64,000 bases of DNA from contig JBAXDH010000006.1 in NCBI GenBank assembly GCA_037141055.1, forward strand, positions 1,766 through 65,765. The letters are read 5' to 3'. Source of the stretch: a bacterium (GTDB taxonomy: Bacteria; Bacteroidota; Bacteroidia; Bacteroidales; FEN-979). Each line of letters begins with the position of its first letter. Position 1 is the first letter of the stretch. Positions 26,607 through 36,389 of this stretch are shown here, one piece after another. The notes under the pieces are model-generated. The model was not told where the DNA came from. It ran no database searches and saw nothing but the letters and a program-made list of their open reading frames with translations. Both the position numbers and the translations under genes were made by a program.

Positions 26607-27218
26607 TTAAAAAAGAAACGCACATGAAAATTCCAACCCCATTTGTTTAAGGGCGGAAAAGTCATCCGAGTTGATCCGGACCAGGTTCCACCTGTATCTG
26701 CTCTCCAGCTGAAATTTCCAGAGATCAAAACCGAACCCTGCACTGACTCCAAAAAACAGTTTGTTCAGTTGGCCTCCTGCCTGGGTTTTGTCTATATCAA
26801 GCATGTCGAAAAAATCCCCGTAAGTCTTTATTATATAGGAGCCATAAATATTTCCGAGGATATAAGGCCTGAAAATTTTACTTAATTGCAGACCAACTTT
26901 AATATTAACCGGAATATCTATCGTCTGAATAGTTGTAATATAATTTGTTACGTAGATCAGATCTACATTTGTCGTCGAATTTGTAAAAAGAATTTCAGGT
27001 ACAATCGAGTAATTTACAAATCCTCCTTTTTTGTATTGAAATAATGCACCAAAACTCCAGCCCGGCATTCCTTCAAAGTCGGAATAATAGCCTTTGCCAT
27101 AGTTTTCCAGATGAATGTAATTGATTCCTGCCTTTATTCCAATTTTATAAGGTTTTTCCTGAGCGGAAACACTGCTTATTGCGCATACTATTGTTAATAT
27201 TATTAAAGCCTTTCTCAT
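26607..27218 (-). CDS. PorT-like outer-membrane beta-barrel protein
   Basis: Signal ...VSA|Q; IGIKAGIN, IDIPVNIK, GFGFD, C-terminal FLF. Confidence 0.7.
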   Translation of the reverse strand: MRKALIILTIVCAISSVSAQEKPYKIGIKAGINYIHLENYGKGYYSDFEGMPGWSFGALFQYKKGGFVNYSIVPEILFTNSTTNVDLIYVTNYITTIQTIDIPVNIKVGLQLSKIFRPYILGNIYGSYIIKTYGDFFDMLDIDKTQAGGQLNKLFFGVSAGFGFDLWKFQLESRYRWNLVRINSDDFSALKQMGLEFSCAFLF

Positions 27219-27503
27219 ACAGAGCTGAGTTCTATGATGTGTTTTAATCCATGACCATTTTTCATCTTTCGGACCAATGATGGTTATAACCTGGTGTAAA
27301 AATTTTGAAAATAAACAGATTAGGCCCTAAAACCATAAAATTAGGCTATTTGCTAGCAATAATCTAATTTTATAATTACCAAGGCCTAAATTTATGAAAT
27401 ATCTGATCTGACTTTTTCAGGTCGGCCAGAATGAAAATATTCAGCCCTTGTACTGCTGAAAACCCTTGCCAATAAATGTTCTTGAAAATTTTATTAAAAT
27501 GTG

Positions 27504-27947
27504 TTATGCACTTAAGAGCTGCAATGAATTGTCTTCAATATTGGAAGGTCCAACGTGCAAGGACCACAAGTCATCACTCTGCGGATAGTTAACCCTGATA
27601 CCATTTTTATATATAACCCTGTTGATTACTTTACCGGATTCATCCCACTGGCAACGCTCACCATTCAACTTACCGTTAACATAGGTAAAGGACTCCTTTA
27701 TTTTCCCCGTTTTCTCGTCATATTTTGACCATTGACCGTTTGGAATCCCATTATTATACATTAAAGACATGGTTAAAACTCCAGCTTTGTTGTAAAAATT
27801 GGAATATCCTATCTTAACACCATTTGAATCAACCAGGGTCAGTTCCTCTGGATTGCCGGTTGATGCATTGAATACCATGTATACTTTTTGAGCATTTGCG
27901 CAAATGGGAAAAGTCATTAAAAAAACCAGGGCAATAATTGTTCTCAT
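27504..27947 (-). CDS. Secreted MORN-variant repeat (YwqK-like) protein
   Basis: Signal ...ANA|Q; YNNGIPNGQWSKYDE.G, YVNGKLNGERCQWDESG, YKNG repeats; start probably 27947. Confidence 0.65.
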   Translation of the reverse strand: MRTIIALVFLMTFPICANAQKVYMVFNASTGNPEELTLVDSNGVKIGYSNFYNKAGVLTMSLMYNNGIPNGQWSKYDEKTGKIKESFTYVNGKLNGERCQWDESGKVINRVIYKNGIRVNYPQSDDLWSLHVGPSNIEDNSLQLLSA

Positions 27948-28160
27948 ATTTGTGCGCAACTTTATCATGTGCACAGCAATACAAAAAGAAAGCCACAATA
28001 ATTGTAAAATAAATATTTGTGAAAAAATATAATGTAACCATCAGAAAAATAGATAGATAGAATGAGGATAAAAATCTAAAATTACAGAAATCACGTAATT
28101 GTTATGGAGGAAAATGCAAGGAAAAAGTGAAATAAACGCACATGTGTGCGGAAATAATTT

Positions 28161-29552
28161 TCAGTTTTCCGATTTTCCGATCGATAAGTTGTATTTCTTC
28201 ATTTTGCGGATGAGTGCATCACGGGTAATGCCGAGAATATCCGCAGCGGCTTTCTGGTTAAACTTGGTTGCGGATAGTGCTTTGCGGATGAGATCTTTTT
28301 CATGAACTTTCAGGTTCACGATGGCGGGCGCATGAGTATGTGACGCGGTATTATTCGATTTCAGGGGAAAATCACTTGCAGTCAGGTGGTCGCTTTTGCA
28401 CAGGATGATTGCCCTTTCGGTCATGTTTTTCAATTCCCGGATGTTCCCGGGGAAAGTGTATCCACGAAGGAGTTTAAATACTTCGTTGTCTACTGTCAGG
28501 CCTGGCCTGTTCATCTTAACAGCAAAGTCATGGGTGAAATGTTCCAGGAGCGGCTTGATGTCTTCCGGCCTTTCCCTGAGGGGCGGGATATGCAGGTGTA
28601 TGGTGTTTAACCTGTGTAGCAGATCCAGTCTGAACTTGTGCTCGGTAACGCGCTGCTCGATATCATGGTTCGTGGATGAAATGATTCGAAAGTCCGTGCG
28701 TATCGGAACAGTATCTCCGACGCGGGTAATTACTTTCTCTTCGGCGGCTCGCAGTATTTTTGCCTGCAAATTCAGGGGCATATCGGCAATTTCATCCAGA
28801 AACAAAGTGCCCTGGTTGCAAACCTCAAAAAAACCCATCTTATCTGCAATGGCCCCGGTAAATGAGCCCTTTTTATGTCCGAAAAATTCACTTTCCAGTA
28901 AAGAGTCGGTGATTGCACTGCTGTTGACTGCGCAGAAAATATGATCTTTGCGGTTACTGGAATAATGAATTATCCTCGCGATGTTTTCCTTTCCTGTACC
29001 GCTTTCACCTGTAATGAGGACGTTTGCATCCGGGTACTTTGCAGCCGTAACTGCGGCATCAAATACTTCCCGGATATTCCGGCTGACACCTATAAAATGG
29101 CGGTCGATTTTTTCTTCAAGGGTTTTAGAAATAAGAGAATTTCGCTCCTCAACCTGTTTAAGTTTGCGCTGAAGATTCAGGTATTTTTTTGTACGCTCAA
29201 TAACGATCTGAATATCAAGGTGTCGAAAAGGTTTGCGTAAATAATCGAATGCACCGTTACGCATTGCCTTTATAACGGTATCCATATCGCCATGGGCAGA
29301 AATAATCACCACTTCAAGGTTCGGGTATTTTACTTTAACTTCCTGCAGAATGTCAAGCCCGCTTATTCCGGGCAACCGCACATCAAGAATCAGCAGGTCG
29401 ATTTGCTGTCCCTCCAGAATGTGCTTTGCATCCTGGTAGGTATTGGTCTCGAATGCCTGGTAACCTGATTTTTGCAAAAACTCCTGTAATTCCTCGGTAA
29501 ATTCCTTTTCGTCATCAAGGATCAGTATCTCGATCTTTTCCTGCTGTGTCAT
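28161..29552 (-). CDS. Sigma54-dependent response regulator (NtrC family: REC-AAA+-Fis HTH)
   Basis: LDDE/LDVRLP/KPF receiver; GESGTGKE; ESEFFGHKKGSFTGA; LFLDEI; FPGNIREL; NQKAAADILGITRDAL. Confidence 0.93.
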   Translation of the reverse strand: MTQQEKIEILILDDEKEFTEELQEFLQKSGYQAFETNTYQDAKHILEGQQIDLLILDVRLPGISGLDILQEVKVKYPNLEVVIISAHGDMDTVIKAMRNGAFDYLRKPFRHLDIQIVIERTKKYLNLQRKLKQVEERNSLISKTLEEKIDRHFIGVSRNIREVFDAAVTAAKYPDANVLITGESGTGKENIARIIHYSSNRKDHIFCAVNSSAITDSLLESEFFGHKKGSFTGAIADKMGFFEVCNQGTLFLDEIADMPLNLQAKILRAAEEKVITRVGDTVPIRTDFRIISSTNHDIEQRVTEHKFRLDLLHRLNTIHLHIPPLRERPEDIKPLLEHFTHDFAVKMNRPGLTVDNEVFKLLRGYTFPGNIRELKNMTERAIILCKSDHLTASDFPLKSNNTASHTHAPAIVNLKVHEKDLIRKALSATKFNQKAAADILGITRDALIRKMKKYNLSIGKSEN

Positions 29553-29565
29553 TCCTCCGTCTGAA

Positions 29566-31074
29566 TTATTGCTTTAAAATTATTCTTATTTTAGTCTCAA
29601 TCATCTGCATGCTTGAAAATTCGATGGTACCCTTCATGTCTTTGATTATCTGGTAGGAAACCGACAGTCCAAGCCCGGTTCCTTTTCCGGGATCCTTTGT
29701 TGTGTAAAAGGGCAGCATAACCTGGTTTAAATTTTCATCGGAAATCCCGATTCCATTGTCTTTTACCTCAACAACCACTTGTTGATCCTGGGCAAATGAT
29801 TTGATTTCTATTGTTTTATAGTATGGATCACCCAACTGATTTTCCTTTTCCAACAGCGCATCCTTGGCATTGGAAAGCAGGTTCAGTATTACCTGTTCAA
29901 ATTTATAAGTATTTCCGATGATTTGCGGCAGATTGTCATGCAGCAGAATCTGAAGTTCAATGCCATAATGTTTAAACTGCGCGGAAATCATAGAAACAGC
30001 ATTCCGGATGCTCGAATTGACGTCGAAACCTGTTAAAATGAAATCATCATGGGCTCTTGAGAAAACGCGTATATGGTCAATGATGTTACGGATTCGTGTG
30101 ATGTTTTCGAAAATCTTATGAGTTTTTTTATTAAGGTATACGGGATCAATTTTTTCCTCTGTGGCAATTTCGTTCAGAATATTGTCCATAGCCATAGACA
30201 TGGTGTTTAACGGCTGATTTATCTCATGGGCGATGCCTGAAGCCATTTCACCCAGCCCTGCCATTCGTTCGGAATGGATCAGTTGCATCTCGAGTTTTTT
30301 GCGTTGCGAAATATCCCTGAGGATAATCATCAGTGATTTTGAATTTCCCGACTGGTCGTGGAGCAGGGTGGCTCTGGCTTCAGTGACAATTATTGAATGA
30401 TCCTTTTTTGTAAACCTGATGTCAATATTCTGCGCATGGCCTTTTGATGCGGTGTTTTTAAAGATTTCAGCAATATTGTTTTTTTCGTCCGGATGAACAA
30501 ATTCTGAAAAAGGCATGCCTGCCAGTTCATCGATTGTATCTGCCCCGTAAAGTTCAATGCCAACCGATGATACTTCAGTGATTATTCCGTCAGTATCTGT
30601 AATAAATATGCCGTCAGGAGATGCTTTTACCATGGTTCGGTATCGTTCCTCGCTGATTGCCAGAGCATTGTTTGTATCCTTAAGCTTCTGCCGGAGTTTT
30701 GCCTCACGAAGTTCACGCAGAACCACGGAAGGAAACCTGGTCATGCTGTCTTTCATCAAATAATCATGAGCCCCGGCCTTGATCATTTCCACCGCTTTTT
30801 CTTCACCAATAGCTCCTGAAATCACAATAAAAGGGATATCAAGATTTGCCGCATGATAGACTGCAAGGGCAGATAATACATCAAAATCAGGCATGGAATA
30901 ATCCGATAAAATCAGGTCCCAACCCTGGCCTTTCAATGCCGCTTCCATTTGGGGCGATGTTTCAACACGCTGAAATTTAACGACATACCCAGCTTTACGC
31001 AGATGCCGGACGTTTAATTCAGCATCATTTTGATTGTCTTCTATAATAAGAACCGAAAGTTTCTGCTCCATCAT
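29566..31074 (-). CDS. Cytoplasmic hybrid histidine kinase (REC-PAS-HisKA-HATPase)
   Basis: IEDN/SDYSMP receiver; PAS (SPDGIFITD...HPDE); AHEINQPL; NLLSNAKDA; DNGIG; GTGLGL; no TM segment; start 31074 likely. Confidence 0.9.
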   Translation of the reverse strand: MMEQKLSVLIIEDNQNDAELNVRHLRKAGYVVKFQRVETSPQMEAALKGQGWDLILSDYSMPDFDVLSALAVYHAANLDIPFIVISGAIGEEKAVEMIKAGAHDYLMKDSMTRFPSVVLRELREAKLRQKLKDTNNALAISEERYRTMVKASPDGIFITDTDGIITEVSSVGIELYGADTIDELAGMPFSEFVHPDEKNNIAEIFKNTASKGHAQNIDIRFTKKDHSIIVTEARATLLHDQSGNSKSLMIILRDISQRKKLEMQLIHSERMAGLGEMASGIAHEINQPLNTMSMAMDNILNEIATEEKIDPVYLNKKTHKIFENITRIRNIIDHIRVFSRAHDDFILTGFDVNSSIRNAVSMISAQFKHYGIELQILLHDNLPQIIGNTYKFEQVILNLLSNAKDALLEKENQLGDPYYKTIEIKSFAQDQQVVVEVKDNGIGISDENLNQVMLPFYTTKDPGKGTGLGLSVSYQIIKDMKGTIEFSSMQMIETKIRIILKQ

Positions 31075-31238
31075 CTTGTAGTTAACTTCACCATTTGCCT
31101 GGATATCGGGGCACATCAATCATAGGTAAATTTAGTCCAAAATTATTGATTTCTGTGTAATTTAGCCCAAAAATTCAGTAATTCACAAAAATACGCTATC
31201 ATTGACCTACACGTTTTTTTGCGTAGCAATCCAATATA

Positions 31239-32417
31239 ATGAAGCTGACCCGGCAATTTATTGATTTCTTTAACAGTGAAAAGGCTGGCGGACTTATCCT
31301 GATATTCTGTACGGGCTTCTCCCTGGTACTGGCCAATTCTTCCGGGGGGCATGCTTACATTGATTTCTGGAATTCCAGCCTTGCGGGTCATCCCGTCCAG
31401 CACTGGATAAACGAAGGGTTGATGACCGTTTTTTTTCTGCTGATTGGTCTTGAACTTGAACGGGAAGTTTATCGCGGCGAATTATCCAGGATACGAAATG
31501 CATCTTTTCCCTTTGTTGCGGCAGTTGGAGGAATGCTGGTTCCTGCAGGCATATATCTTGCTTTTAATATCAATACCGACACTCAGGCGGGCGTCGGTAT
31601 TCCCATGGCAACGGATATTGCCTTTGCAATCGGGATACTGTCGCTGCTGGGCAGCCGGGTGCCGGCTTCGTTGAAAGTATTTGTGACAGCCTTTGCAGTG
31701 ATTGATGATCTTGGTGCTATCCTGATTATTGCATTTTTTTATACTTCGACCCTGGCCTGGTCGAACCTGTTGATCGCGATGGGGATCTTCGGCCTGTTGC
31801 TTCTTTTCAACAGGTTGAAAATTCATCTCCTTTTGCCATACCTGTTTGGTGGTGCCCTGATGTGGTATTTTATGCTGAATTCCGGGGTTCACGCAACGAT
31901 TACAGGTGTATTGCTGGCATTTGCCATTCCATTCGGGGACGGAGGCGCTAAAACACCATCTTACAGGCTCCAGCATTTCCTCCATCGCCCGGTTGCTTTT
32001 TTCATCCTGCCATTATTTGCGCTCGCAAATACAGGGATCATCCTTGGGAGTGGATGGCTGCACAGCCTGGGCAGCATGAGCAGCGCCGGAATTTTTCTGG
32101 GACTTGTCGCCGGCAAACCGGCTGGGATATTCCTCTTTACTCTTGCCGGCTCATGGCTGGGGCTTTATTCCCTGCCGAAAGACCTTAAATGGAAACACAT
32201 AGCAGGTGCCGGATTGCTGGGGGGTATTGGCTTTACCATGTCTATTTTTATTTCCCTGCTGGCATTTGACCAGGATGTCCTGATCAATAAAGCTAAAATC
32301 ACGGTGCTGATCGCCTCCGCAGTCTCAGGGATCATCGGTTATTTCTGGCTGGGTAAAACATTGGTAAGAAATCACAAAGAAAAACGGCTGCCTCACATCG
32401 ATGAAGCAGCCGCTTAG
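31239..32417 (+). CDS. nhaA: Na+/H+ antiporter NhaA
   Basis: GIPMATDIAFA, AVIDDLGA, SGVHATITG, GIGFTMSIFI. Confidence 0.95.
   Translation: MKLTRQFIDFFNSEKAGGLILIFCTGFSLVLANSSGGHAYIDFWNSSLAGHPVQHWINEGLMTVFFLLIGLELEREVYRGELSRIRNASFPFVAAVGGMLVPAGIYLAFNINTDTQAGVGIPMATDIAFAIGILSLLGSRVPASLKVFVTAFAVIDDLGAILIIAFFYTSTLAWSNLLIAMGIFGLLLLFNRLKIHLLLPYLFGGALMWYFMLNSGVHATITGVLLAFAIPFGDGGAKTPSYRLQHFLHRPVAFFILPLFALANTGIILGSGWLHSLGSMSSAGIFLGLVAGKPAGIFLFTLAGSWLGLYSLPKDLKWKHIAGAGLLGGIGFTMSIFISLLAFDQDVLINKAKITVLIASAVSGIIGYFWLGKTLVRNHKEKRLPHIDEAAA
32380..32412 (-). terminator. Terminator of the minus-strand T9SS gene, overlapping the nhaA 3' end
   Basis: CGGCTGCCTCA-catcga-TGAAGCAGCCG with an A-run on its left (U-tract on the minus strand). 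Confidence 0.55.
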
Positions 32418-32435
32418 CCCGAAAATGAACGAAGA

Positions 32436-34007
32436 TTAGTTCACCACGATTTTTTTGTTGACAAATCCGTCAGCCATTTTAATCCTGAGATTGTAAACGC
32501 CTGATTTCAGTGAGGAGGTGTTAACAGTCAGCGTTGCATTGTCAGCTTTCTGATTCAGAACAACCTGCCCGACCATATTTGTAAGGGTTACCTCTTCGAT
32601 ATTGGCACTGCCCTGAATGTTCAGAACGTCCTTCACAGGATTTGGAAATACTGAAACACTTGCAGAAGAATGCTCATTGATGCCAAGTCCACCAACATAA
32701 ATCATGTTGGGTTTCAGTTTTGTGCTTACGCCCCATGAGTTTGTTACTGTAAGCGTAACATTATAGGTGCCAGAAGTATTATAGATAACCGAAGGATGTT
32801 TGTTGGTCGAGGTGGCAGGGGTTCCGCCGGGGAATGACCAGCTTACTGATGATGAGGCAGCAACACCGGCTGTGATGGAGTATACAATCGTGCCTCCCGT
32901 GGCAACTGCGGCCAGGTTGGAGCTGAAATCGCACTGCTCGAGTTTTCCGTCGAATTTGTACATGCCGCCCGTTGTCGCATCTGCATTGAATCCTCCGGCC
33001 CAGCCAATTGAATCGTTCACCCAGTCGGTAGCTAAAAATTGCGTTCCCAGGGTAGCGGCCATATCGTTCCAGGCAGCTGCATCATTGAATGAATAGGTAA
33101 CACCGGTCATGCCGGTGGCTGCGCCTGTAGTGACCCATGTACTGGGTGTTCCCGGAATATACGACATGTCGTTGGTGAACACCTGGCCGGTTGTTACAAC
33201 CGGAGCCCATGTTGCACCGCCGTCCGTGGTTTTAACCATTGCACCCGTTGTGGCTGCACTTCTGTCGGCACCGATGCCAAAGGAACCACTGCGGAAAAAC
33301 GGCTGAACGGTTTTTGCACTCCAGCCGGTGATGGCAGATGCTGTCCAGTTATGTCCGTTATCAATTGATTTATAGATGCGGCCTTTGTTGGTGCCAAACC
33401 AGGCGGTATCGCCAATCGCAGAATAATAACCAACAATTCCATATTCACCGCTCAGAGGGTTGGCAATATTGGAGCCGGGAACAAGAGTCCAGGTTGTTCC
33501 GCCGTCGTCTGTTGTGTAAATTTCAAATTCACCGTTGATGGGGTCGCCCATGCAAAATCCAAGGTTTGGATCCCAGAAATAAACAACATCAACAAAGGAT
33601 GATGCATTGCTGAAGGTTGCAGTTGACTGGCGTGTCCATGTGGCGCCGCCGTCAGTTGTTTTGTAGATTCCCTGCCCGGTTGAGACAGATCCCGGGGGAA
33701 ATAATCCCGCCCATGCTTTATCTGCATCAACTGCAACAATATTGGAAATCTCAAGACTGGCAACTCCCGCAATGGTATGCGGAGTCCATAATGTTCCTCC
33801 GTTGGAGGTGACGGTAATGTCCTGGCAAGCAGCAGCACCGCCGCTGCCATCATAAGCGGAAGCCCACACAACCTGGCTGTTCACTGCATAAATACACCTG
33901 ATTCCGCGGCTTGCTGCCGAGAATCCGGATGCCTGTTCAATCCACTGGGCAGAGAGCCCAAGAGACAATGCCATAAGGGCGACGATTGATAGTAAAGTTT
34001 TCTTCAT
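32436..34007 (-). CDS. T9SS cargo protein: BNR/YCF48-like propeller + PKD + type A CTD
   Basis: Repeated TxDGGxTW Asp-boxes; WSFPGGTPATS...YNTSGTYNVTLTVTN PKD; VFPNPV...GVYNL...KKIVVN. Confidence 0.85.
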   Translation of the reverse strand: MKKTLLSIVALMALSLGLSAQWIEQASGFSAASRGIRCIYAVNSQVVWASAYDGSGGAAACQDITVTSNGGTLWTPHTIAGVASLEISNIVAVDADKAWAGLFPPGSVSTGQGIYKTTDGGATWTRQSTATFSNASSFVDVVYFWDPNLGFCMGDPINGEFEIYTTDDGGTTWTLVPGSNIANPLSGEYGIVGYYSAIGDTAWFGTNKGRIYKSIDNGHNWTASAITGWSAKTVQPFFRSGSFGIGADRSAATTGAMVKTTDGGATWAPVVTTGQVFTNDMSYIPGTPSTWVTTGAATGMTGVTYSFNDAAAWNDMAATLGTQFLATDWVNDSIGWAGGFNADATTGGMYKFDGKLEQCDFSSNLAAVATGGTIVYSITAGVAASSSVSWSFPGGTPATSTNKHPSVIYNTSGTYNVTLTVTNSWGVSTKLKPNMIYVGGLGINEHSSASVSVFPNPVKDVLNIQGSANIEEVTLTNMVGQVVLNQKADNATLTVNTSSLKSGVYNLRIKMADGFVNKKIVVN

Positions 34008-34159
34008 AGGTTTCAATTTGTTAGTTTTGAATATTTATACAAACTTACAATGTTTTTGTTTGCAAGATAGTGCTGTGAAAAAAAATATCAGTCAAAATTG
34101 CTAATTTTGCAAATTCAACCATAATAATGGTTAAACCGTAACAAATAAAGCTGCAGACG

Positions 34160-35497
34160 ATGTTTGAAGGATTAAGTGATAAATTAGACAGGGCTTTTAA
34201 AGTACTGAAAGGACACGGCCACATTACTGAAATAAATGTTGCCGAAACATTAAAGGATGTAAGGAAAGCTTTGCTTGATGCAGACGTCAGCTTTAAAATC
34301 GCCAAACAGTTCACCGACCAGGTAAAGGATAAGGCAATCGGGCAAAATGTGCTTACAGCGGTTTCACCCGGCCAGCTGATGGTTAAGATTGTTCATGATG
34401 AACTGACCGACCTCATGGGAGGACAGAAATCGGAACTGAACATAAAAGGGGATCCTGCAGTTATCCTTGTGGCGGGCTTACAGGGATCGGGCAAGACTAC
34501 TTTTACAGCCAAACTGGCCAATTATCTCAAGACAAAAAAAGGAAAACGGCCATTGCTTGTAGCCTGCGACGTATACCGTCCCGCCGCCATTGAACAGCTG
34601 AAAGTTCTGGGTCAGCAAATTGAGGTAGATGTTTACTCCGAGGATGCGGCCAATGATCCTGTGAAAATTGCAAAACGATCACTGGCCTATGCCAAAGAAA
34701 AAGGCTATTCTGTTTTAATCGTTGATACGGCCGGCCGGCTTGCCATTGATGAACAGATGATGGATGAGATCGCAAACATTAAAAGTGCGCTCAATCCTCA
34801 TGAAACCCTGTTCGTGGTGGACTCCATGACCGGGCAGGATGCCGTGAATACTGCGAAAGCATTCAATGATCGCCTTGACTTCGAAGGGGTTGTTCTCACC
34901 AAACTTGACGGAGATACCCGGGGAGGCGCAGCGCTGAGTATCAAATCGGTGGTGAACAAACCCATTAAATTTGTGGGACTTGGCGAAAAGATGGATGCCA
35001 TCGATATTTTTTATCCGGAAAGGATGGCCGACCGTATTCTCGGCATGGGCGACATTGTTTCCCTGGTTGAAAAAGCGCAGGAGCAGTTTGATGAAGAAGA
35101 AGCACAGAAACTTCAGAAAAAGATCGCCAGGAACCAGTTTGATTTCAATGATTTCCTGGCGCAGATCAAGCAAATCAAGAAGATGGGTAATGTCAAGGAC
35201 CTGCTTGGCATGATCCCGGGGATGGGAAAAGCCATACGTAACCTTGAGATTGATGACAACGCATTTAAAGGCATCGAGGCCATCATCCATTCAATGACCC
35301 CGGATGAACGGGTCAATCCTGCCATACTGAACGGCAATCGCCGCAAACGCATCGCTGTCGGGTCCGGAACCAGCATCCAGGATGTGAACCGTTTGATCAA
35401 GCAGTTTGACGATACGCGGAAAATGATGAAAATGGTCACGGCAAACAAAGGCAAAAATATGGCCAATGTGATGCGGAACATGAAAAACATGAATTAA
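34160..35497 (+). CDS. ffh: Signal recognition particle protein
   Basis: GLQGSGKTT, DTAGR, TKLDGD, Met-rich M domain; TAATTTTG promoter at 34102-34109. Confidence 0.98.
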   Translation: MFEGLSDKLDRAFKVLKGHGHITEINVAETLKDVRKALLDADVSFKIAKQFTDQVKDKAIGQNVLTAVSPGQLMVKIVHDELTDLMGGQKSELNIKGDPAVILVAGLQGSGKTTFTAKLANYLKTKKGKRPLLVACDVYRPAAIEQLKVLGQQIEVDVYSEDAANDPVKIAKRSLAYAKEKGYSVLIVDTAGRLAIDEQMMDEIANIKSALNPHETLFVVDSMTGQDAVNTAKAFNDRLDFEGVVLTKLDGDTRGGAALSIKSVVNKPIKFVGLGEKMDAIDIFYPERMADRILGMGDIVSLVEKAQEQFDEEEAQKLQKKIARNQFDFNDFLAQIKQIKKMGNVKDLLGMIPGMGKAIRNLEIDDNAFKGIEAIIHSMTPDERVNPAILNGNRRKRIAVGSGTSIQDVNRLIKQFDDTRKMMKMVTANKGKNMANVMRNMKNMN

Positions 35498-35504
35498 AGA
35501 ATAA

Positions 35505-36389
35505 TTGATGAAACTGCTTGACGGTAGGCTGGTGGCAGACCAGATTAAAATTGAAATTGCCAAAGAGGTTAAAGAAGAATACATCGACAAAGGGATTGAT
35601 CCGCCGCATATTGCTGCGGTACTGGTAGGAGAGGACCCCGCGAGCATGACATATGTTGCGGCAAAGGAAAAGGCCTGTCACGAAGTGGGTTTTGTATCGT
35701 CGGTTTATCGTTACCCGTCAAATATCACCCAGGAAAAACTGCTCGAAGTTGTCGATTTTCTGAATGCGGACAATGACATCAATGGTTTTATCGTGCAACT
35801 GCCTTTGCCACCTCATATCGGGGAGCAAACCATAATCGAGCGGATTGATCCTGCAAAGGATATTGACGGCTTCCACCCGGTGAATATCGGGAAAATGGTG
35901 CTGAACCTGCCGTGCTTTTTGCCAGCCACCCCGTTTGGGATCATTACCCTGCTTGACAGGTATAAAATTGAGACAGCCGGAAAGAACGTCGTGGTGCTTG
36001 GCCGCAGCCACATCGTTGGAACCCCGGTCAGTATCCTTTTATCACGAAAATCTGATCGTGGGAATGCCACCGTGACACTTTGCCATAGTTTTTCACGCGA
36101 CATACCGGCCATTGCTGCAAAAGCAGACATCCTCATTGTGGCTATGGGCAAGCAGGGATTCGTCACGGCAGACATGGTCAAGCAGGATGCCGTGGTTGTG
36201 GATGTGGGGGTTCACAGGATTCCTGCTCCGGAAACCAAATCGGGTTTCAGACTGAAGGGTGATGTAGACTTTGACCGTGTTTCGCGTAAATGCAGTTATA
36301 TCACACCTGTTCCCGGCGGAGTGGGGCCCATGACAATCGTATCCTTGCTTCAGAACACCCTGAAAGCAGCGAAGAAGGAGGCAATCTGA
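35505..36389 (+). CDS. folD: Methylenetetrahydrofolate dehydrogenase/cyclohydrolase
   Basis: VQLPLP, KDIDGFHP, GRSHIVG, ITPVPGGVGPMT. Confidence 0.97.
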   Translation: MMKLLDGRLVADQIKIEIAKEVKEEYIDKGIDPPHIAAVLVGEDPASMTYVAAKEKACHEVGFVSSVYRYPSNITQEKLLEVVDFLNADNDINGFIVQLPLPPHIGEQTIIERIDPAKDIDGFHPVNIGKMVLNLPCFLPATPFGIITLLDRYKIETAGKNVVVLGRSHIVGTPVSILLSRKSDRGNATVTLCHSFSRDIPAIAAKADILIVAMGKQGFVTADMVKQDAVVVDVGVHRIPAPETKSGFRLKGDVDFDRVSRKCSYITPVPGGVGPMTIVSLLQNTLKAAKKEAI

